From NCBI RefSeq assembly GCF_000007185.1, contig NC_003551.1, positions 540,001 to 572,000 of the forward strand: a stretch of 32,000 bases of DNA, given 5' to 3'. The notes under the pieces are model-generated. The model ran no database searches and had not been told where the DNA came from. It saw nothing but the letters and a program-made list of their open reading frames with translations. The stretch is from Methanopyrus kandleri AV19 (GTDB lineage: Archaea > JAADCQ01 > Methanopyri > Methanopyrales > Methanopyraceae). A program made the position numbers and the translations under genes. This document shows positions 7,818 through 17,224 of the stretch, one piece after another. Position 1 is the stretch's first letter; the number at the start of each line of letters is the position of its first letter.

Positions 7818-9116
7818 ATGCTCCTGATAGTCGCGGGACACGATCCCACGGGAGCCGGTCTCAGGGCAGACATAGCGACGGCCGAAGCCCTCGGAGTACC
7901 GGCGGTTTCGCTCCCGACGTTGCTATCGCTCCAGGATGAGGGCGTCGAGCTAGTCGAGCCCGTTGACTCACGGTTCTTATCGGACTGCTTGGCCCGATAC
8001 GTCCCAAGGTGCGAGGTGGTCAAAGTCGGGGCCGTTCCTACTCTGAAAACCTTCGAGATACTGGCGAAACGGCTCCGTGACCTGACGGTAGTGTGGGACC
8101 CCGTGTTCAGAGCCGAGGCCGGAGGGGAGTTATCCGAAGCGACTCCTGAAGAGGCGTTGGAAACGTTTGGGGAAACAGTCGATATCCTCACTCCCAATAC
8201 GGAAGAGCTGAGTCAGCTGGTCGGAAGGGAGGTACGCACCACGGTGGAGGCCGAGCTCGCAGCCCGTGAGCTGGTGGAGGAGTACGGCCTGACGGGTGTC
8301 CTCGTCACGGGGGGACACTCCGTCGACAGACGCGATGTGTGGGTGCCGGCTGAGGGGAACACCATCGCGTGGGAGGTGCCTCCGGGTGAAGGCGCTCACG
8401 GGTCCGGGTGCGTGCTCTCCACGGCTCTCGCGTGCTTCTTGGTCCGCGGGTTGGACCCTGAGACCGCCGTAGAACGAGCCGTTCGGTTCGCGAGAGCGGC
8501 GGTCCGAGAGGCCCGGAACACGCCCTTCGGCCGGGTGGCAGATCCCGTCGCACAAATTCGACGTGACGCGACATTGGGGAAGGCAACGCAGCACGTGATC
8601 CGGGCACTCGAGATCATCGAGTCGGACCCGGCCTTCGCGAGGGCGATCCCACAGGTCGGAATGAACGTGGCGGAGGTCTTCGACCCCTCCCGGGGTCTTG
8701 AAGGTGTTGTGGGACTCTCGGGTCGAATCGTCCTCGACGGTGATAGACCCACCGCGGTCGGTCGCCCGGTTCCGGGGGGCTCCAAGCACGTCGGCACCGT
8801 GGCTTTGACGGCACATCGGCTCGACCCCTCGGTCCGGGCCGCGGTGAACGCCAGGTACGACGAGGAGCTTATCGAGAGGGCCCGCGATCTCGGGTTCGTA
8901 GTGTCTTCGTTCGACCGGTCGGAAGAGCCGGAGGAAGTCGACTCCACGATGGAGTGGGGCACCGAGGTGGCGTTTCGGAGGGCGGACGACACTCCCGACG
9001 TCGTCTACGACGAGGGCGACGTGGGTAAGGAACCGATGATACGCGTGCTCGGAAAGAGTGCCGTGGAGGCCGTGACTAAGCTGAGAATGTTGTTGGGATG
9101 TGTTGTTGGGGTGTAA
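7818..9116 (+). CDS. thiD: Bifunctional hydroxymethylpyrimidine (phosphate) kinase ThiD fused to ThiN (thiamine-phosphate synthase domain)
   Basis: MLLIVAGHDPTGAGLRADIATAEALGV, LTPNTEELSQLVG, GEGAHGSGCVLSTALA (kinase), then ThiN-type segment VGMNVAEVFDPSRGLEGVVGLSGRIV ... EVAFRRADDTPDVVYDEGDVGKEPMIRVLGKSAVEAVTKL. Confidence 0.93.
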   Translation: MLLIVAGHDPTGAGLRADIATAEALGVPAVSLPTLLSLQDEGVELVEPVDSRFLSDCLARYVPRCEVVKVGAVPTLKTFEILAKRLRDLTVVWDPVFRAEAGGELSEATPEEALETFGETVDILTPNTEELSQLVGREVRTTVEAELAARELVEEYGLTGVLVTGGHSVDRRDVWVPAEGNTIAWEVPPGEGAHGSGCVLSTALACFLVRGLDPETAVERAVRFARAAVREARNTPFGRVADPVAQIRRDATLGKATQHVIRALEIIESDPAFARAIPQVGMNVAEVFDPSRGLEGVVGLSGRIVLDGDRPTAVGRPVPGGSKHVGTVALTAHRLDPSVRAAVNARYDEELIERARDLGFVVSSFDRSEEPEEVDSTMEWGTEVAFRRADDTPDVVYDEGDVGKEPMIRVLGKSAVEAVTKLRMLLGCVVGV

Positions 9117-9120
9117 GGGA

Positions 9121-9732
9121 GTGAGCTCGTTCAAACGACTGCTTTACCTGGACGTGATCTCCCGAAGTCACGCGGATTTCGCCAAGAGGGTGATCAGGAG
9201 GTTAGAGCCCAAGGTCAAGGTGAGGGTGGAGTGTCTCTCGAAGTACGAGCGGGAGGACGACGCGCTGACGTACGACGGTCGGCTCAAGGACGAGGAACCC
9301 TGGAAGGAGTTCTTACGGCGGCTGGGACGTGAGAGTTCCGACACCGTGGTAGCTACCGCGCTGAACGTACCCCCCGACGTGCCGGATATATCTCCGAACC
9401 CGACCGTGGTTATAGGAGTGAACACGGGCGATCATCCCAAGACGTTGGAAGTCGCGGGTCTTGCGGACGTGGTTGTTGTCGGTCGTCGCCTATACTCACC
9501 GAGCACCGGCCCTCGTGAGTTCGGCCGCGTACGCTCGGGGAGGCTCAGGAACGGTACGGTGATCGTGGACGTCGAGGACCTCGGCCTACGGTACGCCAGC
9601 AAGGCGGTACCCGTAATCGCGGTTCTAGTGGCGGAAAACGGTGTTGACGGGTTGATCCGGGATCTCAGGCGTAACCGCGTAAGGACCCTGACGGAGGAAG
9701 TCCTCCGGGATCTATCGCTCTCCCAGGTATAA
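9121..9732 (+). CDS. Conserved hypothetical protein
   Basis: ORF MSSFKRLLYLDVISRSHADFAKRVIRRLEPKVKVRVE...; GTG start 5 nt after the thiD stop (upstream in-frame GTG at 9100). Confidence 0.65.
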   Translation: MSSFKRLLYLDVISRSHADFAKRVIRRLEPKVKVRVECLSKYEREDDALTYDGRLKDEEPWKEFLRRLGRESSDTVVATALNVPPDVPDISPNPTVVIGVNTGDHPKTLEVAGLADVVVVGRRLYSPSTGPREFGRVRSGRLRNGTVIVDVEDLGLRYASKAVPVIAVLVAENGVDGLIRDLRRNRVRTLTEEVLRDLSLSQV

Positions 9733-9883
9733 GGTGACGCCAATGAAAAACAACACTGACGACACTCATATTGTCCATCCTAAGCCACCCTACCTACCTC
9801 ACACTAACATGAGCTAGTTCAACTCGACATAAGTTCGGACCGACATGATGTGACAGGTTACTACCCATTATCTCACCCGAAAA

Positions 9884-9893
9884 CTATTTATAC
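9884..9893 (+). promoter_or_regulatory. Archaeal TATA-like box (CTATTTATAC) upstream of the secreted repeat protein
   Basis: CGAAAACTATTTATACAAG in an AT-richer intergenic region, 75-85 nt before the likely GTG start at 9969. Confidence 0.45.
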
Positions 9894-9968
9894 AAGCAAT
9901 TAGTGGTCCCACGTGAGACAAACACTGGGCCACAAGGTAAACAACATGTCCCCATGGGAGAGACATGC

Positions 9969-12933
9969 GTGAGCAAAGCGCAAATACTAGTTGTCCTTGC
10001 GATGCTGTCCGTAGGACTACAATCGGTATCAGCGGCACCAATTGAAGGACAGTTCGTCGAGGAGAATGACTACCAGTGGTCGGTTCAGGTGACCCACTGC
10101 GAGCCCACCATCGACATGACCAAGTACCCGGTGATCGTGGGCGAAAAGGCCGTCTATCTGGTGCTGTTAGATGAGAGGGACGTTCAGAAAGGAGGGGGTC
10201 TCTGTGACTACCAGCCGGCCCTGATGCCGGTACCCAAAGATTACGTGGAGATTTCCGGGAACAAGCTGTCGTTCAAAGTCAACCTGGAGGGTCAGAAGCT
10301 CCCGTTCTACTGCATGTACTTGGGTGTAGATTTCCCCGACAAGCTGGTGATGGTGACCATCGAGGAGCTGGCTAAGCACAGCGTGAGGTACGATTGGGGC
10401 TACATTAGCGAGCCGAAACCGCTGACGCTGAGCTTCCTGAGGAAGATCGTCGAGGCGTTCGAGTCCCAAGTCGACAACCCATTCCCGCACAGTGCCTTCA
10501 AGAACGAGGCCGTTTGGAATGCCGTTAGGGACACGCCGTACATCATCAGCGGACCGGTGCACGTGTCGGCCGTCGACTACGGAACTGATTACGTGGAACT
10601 GGAGATCGAGATCCCGGTGAGAACTGATGTCACCGAGTTGACAGGAACGATCGAGGTGAAGTCCGGTGAGAGTACGCAGACTCTGAGCGTAACCGGCTCC
10701 GACGTGGTCAACGGCGTCATCAAGAAGCGCGAGTATCGCAGGCCTCGGATACCGTGGAAGTGACCATCCAACTGAGCGGTGTCGTCGAGGGGCAGCAGGT
10801 TACCGACGTTTACCCCGTGACGATCACCGTCCAGCTGGTGAAACTCAACAGCTCGGTCAACATCACCGTGGAGAAGATCACGGAGTCGGAAGCCGTGCTC
10901 CGCGTGGATTACCAGATCAACACGGAGAACTGCAGCGTGAAGTCCGTGGAGGTGAAGCTGCTCAAGGACGGTAACGTCGTGGCGTCCGAAGAGAGGTCGC
11001 AAGCCGAGGGTACGGTGAGGTTCACGGTGAACGAGTCCGGCACGTACCGCGTGGTGATCGAGGCCACGGTGGAGTGGACGACACCGTCAGGTAGACACGA
11101 GGAGAAGCTCACCTTAGCGTCCGAGGACGTGGAGGTAACGCTATCGCGACTCGAGGTAGGTGCTCCCAGCGTGAAGGTATCCGACTACGGCGCCGATTGG
11201 GCGACCCTAGAGATCACGGTACCGGTAACGGCCGTCGGATGTGAGGTGACCGGTGGAAAGGTGGAGGTGATCGAAGCGGGAACCGGACACACGCTCGCCA
11301 CGACCGAAGCGACGGTCGATAACGGAGTCCTGAAGGCTACCGTCAAACTAACCGGTCTGCGGAGCGCCAGGATCCCGATCATCGTCCGTGTGACCGCCGA
11401 GGGTAAGACGCCGACCGGCGACAGCGTAACCGCCACGGCCGAAGCGTCGGTCGAGGTACGGCTGGCGAGCGCGGAGCTCGGAGGAAGTGTCCGAGTAGAG
11501 AGTCCGCGACCCTGAGAGTGTGCTACGAGATCCACACGCAGAACTGTACGGTGGAGTCGGTGACGGTCGAGCTGCTCAAGCGTACGGATCAGGGTTGGGT
11601 AGTGGTCGATCGACGCACGCTGAGCGCGACCAGTGACGTCGTCACGTTCCGGGTGTCCGAGGAGGGTCAGTACAAGGTTAGGATCACGGCCCAGTGCACG
11701 CACGGTGTCACGATGACGGCCGAAACCGAACCGGTGACCGTGCAGTTCCTGCCGAAGGTCGAGATCAGTGGATTCAAGGTGGTCGAAACGGACTACGGTC
11801 CGGACTGGGTAGAGCTTCGGATAACAGCTGACGTCCACGTGGAGCGGGCTGAGAAGGTGAGTGGACTAGTGGTCGTCGAGGACGCTAAGGGCAACGTACT
11901 AGGTAAGTTCCCGGTCGAGATAAGCGACCACATGGATGTTAAAGTGCGTCTCGAAGGGCTAGAAAACGTATCATGAGAGCTTCCAGTAGTCGTCAAGCTT
12001 CGGATCGAAGCTAGTAACAACTCAGGTAAGAGCTGCGGTGAAGTGTCGGTTAAAACATCACTGAAACTCGAGCAAACAACCACTGAGTCTAGCACAGAAA
12101 CATCCTACGAACAGGAGACATCATCGACAACTGGAGGTACTACAACTGGAGGTGCTGAGACATCCTCAGGATCGTCGGTGGAGAGTCACACAGAAGCTAG
12201 TGAATCGAGTGGAGAGAACAACGGTGGAGAAGCTGAGACTGAGACGGGTACGGTGACGACGACCCCAGCCCAGATCAAGGACCTCAAAGCCGTTGTGGAG
12301 AAGGTGAAGCCTGGACAGGTAATAATTGATGTCAGCGGTCGGGTTGAAGTGAAGCACTGTCGGTCTGAGATAATACTAGTGGTGATCTACAACGGTAAGG
12401 TGATCAAACGAATCACCGTCAAACTATCGAATGGTACTTTCAAGGAGAAGATTGAAGTCACGGGGATTCCATTGGTTGATCCAGGGCAGCTAACCGTTAA
12501 ACTCGAGGTGAAGGTATCCACTAAAATCGTGGCTTCCAGGGACATTAAAGTGGACATTCCGAGACCAGTGGGAGTAACAGTGGTGCCTGCGAAGGGTAAG
12601 AAATACACGGTTATCGTATATTAGGACGGATCAGTGTACGTAGTTGATGAGCAAAATAGAGTTGTGGACAGTGTCGTACTGTCGAAGAAGGTGAAGCGGA
12701 TCGTAGAGGTACGCGGTGACCAGCTGGTAATCGAGACTCAGACCGGAGAACGGTGCATCCTCAAGGTCGACGAGAGAGGTGAACTTAGGCCTGTCAAATT
12801 CTTGGTGATCAAGTCGGGGAGCTACGAAGTATCAGTGGCCGGTAGTGCTAAGGCTAAGGCCAAGGCCCGCGCCACGCCGCTGATCCTGATACTACCGATC
12901 CTGCTCAGGCTAGTCAGGAGGAGCACGGCCTGA
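9969..12933 (+). pseudogene. Large secreted or surface repeat-domain protein disrupted by two apparent frameshifts and two in-frame stops (fragments 9969-10763, 10754-11515, 11518-11976, 12043-12624, 12634-12933)
   Basis: N-terminal signal peptide (SKAQILVVLAMLSVGLQSVSAAP), internal homologous repeats continuing across each break (see findings), Thr/Ser-rich segment, C-terminal hydrophobic helix ATPLILILPILLRLVRR. All breaks can be bridged in sequence to give about 988 codons. Confidence 0.7.
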
Positions 12934-12963
12934 GGCGTTTTTCGACGCCCTCCGTCATTTTTT
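12934..12963 (+). terminator. Hairpin plus T-tract terminator
   Basis: GGCGT-TTTTCG-ACGCC (12934-12949) followed by CTCCGTCATTTTTTT, directly at the stop of the 12634-12933 ORF. Confidence 0.55.
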
Positions 12964-13008
12964 GGATCGCTTATGTCCGGCGCACGCCCACAGGTTCTTC
13001 CACCTCCA

Positions 13009-13035
13009 GAAACGTTATTCGTACCGTAACGTTTC
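13009..13035. repeat. Dyad site B: GAAACGTTA-N9-TAACGTTTC, perfect 9-bp arms
   Basis: GAAACGTTA TTCGTACCG TAACGTTTC, 18 nt upstream of the 13054 ORF. Confidence 0.65.
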
Positions 13036-13053
13036 ACGGCGCAGGGATGCCGC

Positions 13054-13923
13054 TTGCGCCGGTATAGGATCCGTCCCACGGATTTCGTTGCTGTTGTGTC
13101 TCATTTCGAAGCGAGAGAATTACTGCGCGCCGTGAGGAAGGGTGGAGAGATTGAGATCCAGCTAGATCTAGGCCTACACTCCGGGAAAGCCCGAATTAAC
13201 GGTGATACCGTCGTTATTGAGGGTGTGGAGCTAACACGGGACGAACTGGAATCTATGACGGGATGGAAAGGCGCTTACGGACTGACTACCGATAATGTCT
13301 ACAGGATCGAGATTCGGGCTGAGCACTACTACAAGCTCCTGCCGGTAAGACCCGGCGAAGCACCGACAATCGAGATTGACGGCATCAGGATGCACCGTAC
13401 GAAGTGGACGGATCCCTGGACTGATGCCGGCGTCAAGGTGGGTAAGGTCGGGGTGTCCGAGGGAGATCGTGTCCTCGACGTATGCACGGGCCTGGGCTAC
13501 ACCGCGCTGCGGGCAGTTGAGCGTGGTGCGGAGGTAATCTCCGTCGAGAAGGACCGGAACGTCCTCGAAATCGCCGGTGCGAACCCTTGGTCGCGAGGGT
13601 TGGAGGAAGTGGAGATCCTGTTGGGGCCCGCGGAGGAAGTGGTTCCATCCCTCGACGACGAATTCGACGCTATTGTCCATGATCCTCCCAGACTCGCGAG
13701 AGCCGGGGAATTGTACTCCGAGAATTTTTATCGGGAGTTACTGCGGCTCCTGCGGCCCGGCGGTCGGCTCGTCCATTACGTCGGAGCTCCGGGGAGCCGG
13801 TATCGAGGAAAGGATGTGCTCGCAGGGGTGTCCAGGCGTCTCACACGCGTAGGGTTCGAGGTGGTGGACGTGGACCGAAGGTGGGGGTTGGTTACAGCTG
13901 AGAAACCCAGCGCTCGAGTGTAG
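13054..13923 (+). CDS. Predicted archaeal SAM-dependent methyltransferase (COG2521-like)
   Basis: GVSEGDRVLDVCTGLGYTALRAVERGAEVISVEKDRNVLEIA motif I; FDAIVHDPPRLARAGELYSENFYRELLRLLRPGGRL motif IV. Confidence 0.8.
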   Translation: MRRYRIRPTDFVAVVSHFEARELLRAVRKGGEIEIQLDLGLHSGKARINGDTVVIEGVELTRDELESMTGWKGAYGLTTDNVYRIEIRAEHYYKLLPVRPGEAPTIEIDGIRMHRTKWTDPWTDAGVKVGKVGVSEGDRVLDVCTGLGYTALRAVERGAEVISVEKDRNVLEIAGANPWSRGLEEVEILLGPAEEVVPSLDDEFDAIVHDPPRLARAGELYSENFYRELLRLLRPGGRLVHYVGAPGSRYRGKDVLAGVSRRLTRVGFEVVDVDRRWGLVTAEKPSARV

Positions 13924-14356
13924 GGGTGGGTAAGAACGTCCCACCACCGACCCGTCTGACGGCTTCCGCCGTCTCGGCGATCCCTGCGCGGAATAGGTGG
14001 GTTTCACAGTGGCAATCTGAGCATCCGAATCCTCGAATCCCGGGTACCATATCCGCCAGTGCCGCCGCTAGCTCGCATTCACGGTCGCCTTCCATTATCC
14101 AAGCGCCCTCGACCTCAGGTCGTACCTGGGAAAGCAGGTGATCGATATGCCAGTGGGGTCGCTCCGTTCCCTCCCGAGCCGATTTTAAGTGACGCCCGAG
14201 GCGACCCCTGAGCCCGGAAGACCCTTGCCCCATGCCCGATCCGACGTAGGTCCAGCTCCCGGCCTCCACGATCACGTCTCCCAAGCTTCCTACGTTCACC
14301 TTGACACGTCTGTTCACGCGGAAGACGAGAGCGTACGAGCCATGATCCGGTAGCAC
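13892..14356 (-). CDS. DUF123 / Uri-superfamily (GIY-YIG-like) endonuclease-like protein
   Basis: DHGSYALVFRVNRRVKVNVGSLGDVIVEAGSWTYVGSGMGQGSSGLRGRLGRHLKSAREGTERPHWHIDHLL; GTG start at 14356 avoids overlap with the 14373 gene. Confidence 0.75.
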   Translation of the reverse strand: MLPDHGSYALVFRVNRRVKVNVGSLGDVIVEAGSWTYVGSGMGQGSSGLRGRLGRHLKSAREGTERPHWHIDHLLSQVRPEVEGAWIMEGDRECELAAALADMVPGIRGFGCSDCHCETHLFRAGIAETAEAVRRVGGGTFLPTPTLERWVSQL

Positions 14357-14372
14357 GGGGGAGTACCCCCAG

Positions 14373-16742
14373 TTGTTCGGCGACAGTCGTTTGGTTCTGG
14401 CGTTGCTCGTGATCCTGGTGGGTGCGACGATAGCCAACGCGGGGAACCTGATGTACCCGCTCTTAAGCAGAGACTCGCGCGCTCACGTGCTCAAGATATG
14501 GTACACATACCACATGCTTGCCGACGGTCGATGGGACCCGTGGTGCCCGATGTGGTACTCGGGATTCCCGTACCTCACGTATTACGGTTCCTTGGGGTAC
14601 CTACTCGGCGCCGCCGTGGACGCGATAGTCAAGGATCCGGTACGGACGTTCGTCGTCTGCCTGATCGTCGCCTCCGCGTTGATCGGAGTGGGAGTCTACG
14701 CGCTCGTGCGGGCTCGAGGGTACGCCCGGAAGGTAGCCGTGATCTGCGCGCTTCTGGGCCTCACCTCCGGAGGGTTCATGAAAGCGCTGAACTGGGAGGG
14801 CGTGTACCCGACGATTCTATCCCTGGGGTTCGGGTTCCTGGCTCTTTCCTGCTACGAGCGGTGGTTGCGGGGTGAGAAGCGTCACCTGGCCTACGCGACG
14901 TTACTCCTGGTGCCCGCCTGCTACTCCCATCCGCTCGGCGGTCTACTTTCCGGAGGGTTGATTCTGACCCGTGGGATCGCCGAAGCCGTGCTTCGGGAGA
15001 AGCTTCGGACCCCCAGGTTCCTGTTGCAATCCACGGCACCCGTTGCCATCGGGATCGCGATCGCGTTCTCGCACTACGCGGCGGCGATCTACTACAAGAG
15101 GTTCCTATCGGAGCTGTGGTTATATCCACCAGGTTCCGTGGCGGGAGTTCTGAAAGACCTGACCGTGGGGGGTAAGTGGTCTACCGGACTGCTCGTAACG
15201 GTGACCGGCATCGTGGGCGTCGCTTACGAGATTCGACGTCGTACCGGGTTCGGTTTGTTCGTGTTGTTCTGGGGTATGGTCTCGATCGTGGTGACCTTCG
15301 CCTTCGTTCTCGGGTACTGGAAGTACCTCCCTCTCGGCAAGAACATGCTCGCGGAGCGTTACACGACTGTCCTCATGCCGATGCTGCTCGCAGTGACGGC
15401 GGCCCCCGTCGTTCGTCAGCTGCTCCGGTCGGTAAAAGCGGCTTGGGCGGCACCCCTCGGAGTGGCAGGGTTGCTTCTCTCCGGTAGCGTCGGAGCCCTG
15501 ACGTACGTTCCTCCCGAGCCCCCACACGTCACGTCATCGGCCATGAAGTTATGGAAGTGGATGGGGGACAGCTGGCCGGACGACTCGTATACTGCCCGTT
15601 GTGATGCCGACCCTTACACGCATCTTTTCGACGCGAGCGTTCCGATTTCACCGATATACTCCGGGCACCCGACGATCATGGGGTGGTTCTCCCAAGGAGA
15701 CCCGATGTTCTTCTCCCTGGCCGCCCGCTGGGAGTGGGAGCTCGGTTGGGTGTACGATCCCAACACCCTCAAAACCTCGCTCTGGGCGACCAACACCCGA
15801 TACCTGCTGACGAAATCCTCGCTGCTGTCGAAGAAGTTGTCCCAGGAGCCGGGTTTCGTGTTACGGAAGAAGGCCGGTGACTACCGTGTGTTCGAGTTCT
15901 TAGGCCATGGTGGCTCCGCGTGCGTCGTCCCACATCCTATCGCGGTAGTGGATCGTCGCTTGGGCCTCAGGACCGAGAACGCGTACTACACCACGCTCCT
16001 CAACTTCGTCGCGACTCCCGGCAACCGGTACGTGTTCGTCGACGCCACGTTCTGCGACGCGAGGAAGTTCGACAGAGTGATCGTGAGACCTCTGACGCCG
16101 GGTGACGTGGACCGGGCGGTGAAGCTGGCTCGGGAGGGTCGTAAGGTACTGCTCATCCTACCGGTCTCCGACACACGAGTTGCCCGTGCCGTTGAACGTC
16201 TCGGTGTCAGGGTGAGTCCGGCCAGTCCGCCTTCCTTCGTTCCCCTCCGGAAGTACCTACCGTCCGCGTACCGAGTGGACGGCAGATGGTGGAAGGACGT
16301 GCGCGTCGGTCACGGGCTCGTCCGTGTGTGCGGTGTGGACGTGGTATACTTCACCATGCGGTTCCACAGGCTCATCAAGGAGGTGCAAACCGAAGGATAC
16401 CGCATGCCCAGGCTACCGACGGATGAGGAGCGGAAGTTCGTCAACGGGGTCTTGCGAGGGTTCGATTCCGGGAAACCCACTCAAGTTCACCTGGAGTACC
16501 GCGGCGACCCTGCTGTGATGCGGGTATGTGGTAACGGGTGGGTGTACCTGAAGGTCAAGTACTTCCCCGCGTGGCGGTCCTCCGACGGTCCCGTCTACCC
16601 TGCTTCATGTGGACAGATGCTGGTGCGAGCCCACGGAGACACCGTACTGAGGTACGAGTTACCACAGTCCCTGTCCTACGGCTCTTACGCCGCGGCCGTA
16701 CTGGGTACCCTGGCGCTCGGGGCGATGCTACTATGGATGTAA
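14373..16742 (+). CDS. Multi-spanning membrane protein, GT-C glycosyltransferase-like (PTPS-related / 6-pyruvoyl-tetrahydropterin synthase-related membrane protein type)
   Basis: About 12 hydrophobic helices; RDSRAHVLKIWYTYHMLADGRWDPWCPMWYSGFPYLTYYGSLGYLLGA N-terminal loop typical of GT-C-like proteins. Confidence 0.7.
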   Translation: MFGDSRLVLALLVILVGATIANAGNLMYPLLSRDSRAHVLKIWYTYHMLADGRWDPWCPMWYSGFPYLTYYGSLGYLLGAAVDAIVKDPVRTFVVCLIVASALIGVGVYALVRARGYARKVAVICALLGLTSGGFMKALNWEGVYPTILSLGFGFLALSCYERWLRGEKRHLAYATLLLVPACYSHPLGGLLSGGLILTRGIAEAVLREKLRTPRFLLQSTAPVAIGIAIAFSHYAAAIYYKRFLSELWLYPPGSVAGVLKDLTVGGKWSTGLLVTVTGIVGVAYEIRRRTGFGLFVLFWGMVSIVVTFAFVLGYWKYLPLGKNMLAERYTTVLMPMLLAVTAAPVVRQLLRSVKAAWAAPLGVAGLLLSGSVGALTYVPPEPPHVTSSAMKLWKWMGDSWPDDSYTARCDADPYTHLFDASVPISPIYSGHPTIMGWFSQGDPMFFSLAARWEWELGWVYDPNTLKTSLWATNTRYLLTKSSLLSKKLSQEPGFVLRKKAGDYRVFEFLGHGGSACVVPHPIAVVDRRLGLRTENAYYTTLLNFVATPGNRYVFVDATFCDARKFDRVIVRPLTPGDVDRAVKLAREGRKVLLILPVSDTRVARAVERLGVRVSPASPPSFVPLRKYLPSAYRVDGRWWKDVRVGHGLVRVCGVDVVYFTMRFHRLIKEVQTEGYRMPRLPTDEERKFVNGVLRGFDSGKPTQVHLEYRGDPAVMRVCGNGWVYLKVKYFPAWRSSDGPVYPASCGQMLVRAHGDTVLRYELPQSLSYGSYAAAVLGTLALGAMLLWM

Positions 16743-17212
16743 TCAGAGCCATACTGGTCACACTGGCGCTGCTGTACGGGGTTGGATGGACGTCGACCGT
16801 GGTGAACTGGACGATCCCGCACGAGATGGTCCGGATGAGTGCGGGGATCTACCAGTCGACGGGGGCCACCACACAGCTGACGTTGAACCCGTACCGGGGA
16901 AGGGCGACCCTGGCGGTGGCCTACGACCCCGCCGTTCTGGTGAAGTTAGGCGACCGTGGGAAACCGGTGCGCCTATCACCGAGCTCGCTGCGTGTCGGTA
17001 GGGTCAAGGTGAAGTCGTACGGCGACGCGGTCGTGATCCACGGTCCGTGTTCCGTCCGTCCCTACATATCCGCACACGGTGTCCGGTACTCCTTCGACAT
17101 CATCGATACACCCGGGTTCTCGGTCTACTTCAACAGATCCGGTTACTTGGTGCTCGTCAGCCACGGTAAGACGACGAAGATACGCGTCCTTCCGCTGATA
17201 CCACTGATCTGA
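16733..17212 (+). CDS. Hypothetical secreted or membrane-anchored protein
   Basis: ATG at 16733 overlaps the 3-prime end of the 14373 gene; MDVIRAILVTLALLYGVGWTSTVV signal/anchor. Confidence 0.6.
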   Translation: MDVIRAILVTLALLYGVGWTSTVVNWTIPHEMVRMSAGIYQSTGATTQLTLNPYRGRATLAVAYDPAVLVKLGDRGKPVRLSPSSLRVGRVKVKSYGDAVVIHGPCSVRPYISAHGVRYSFDIIDTPGFSVYFNRSGYLVLVSHGKTTKIRVLPLIPLI

Positions 17213-17224
17213 GGGGTCTCAATC

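Noticed and set aside
8130-9134. Long minus-strand ORF (334 aa) opposite thiD-thiN
   Set aside because: Shadow ORF: GC-rich codon structure of thiD-thiN leaves antisense frames open; the composition is not protein-like and the sense gene is certain.
11974-11976. In-frame TGA could be a selenocysteine codon in the repeat protein
   Set aside because: The lineage may use selenocysteine, but the aligned residues in the homologous repeat are not Cys (GLRSARIPIIV), the protein is not redox-like, no SECIS-like element was recognised, and the same gene has frameshifts and a TAG.
12622-12624. In-frame TAG as pyrrolysine or programmed readthrough
   Set aside because: No pyl genes or methylamine methyltransferase context are visible; simple decay or sequencing error is more likely given the other lesions.
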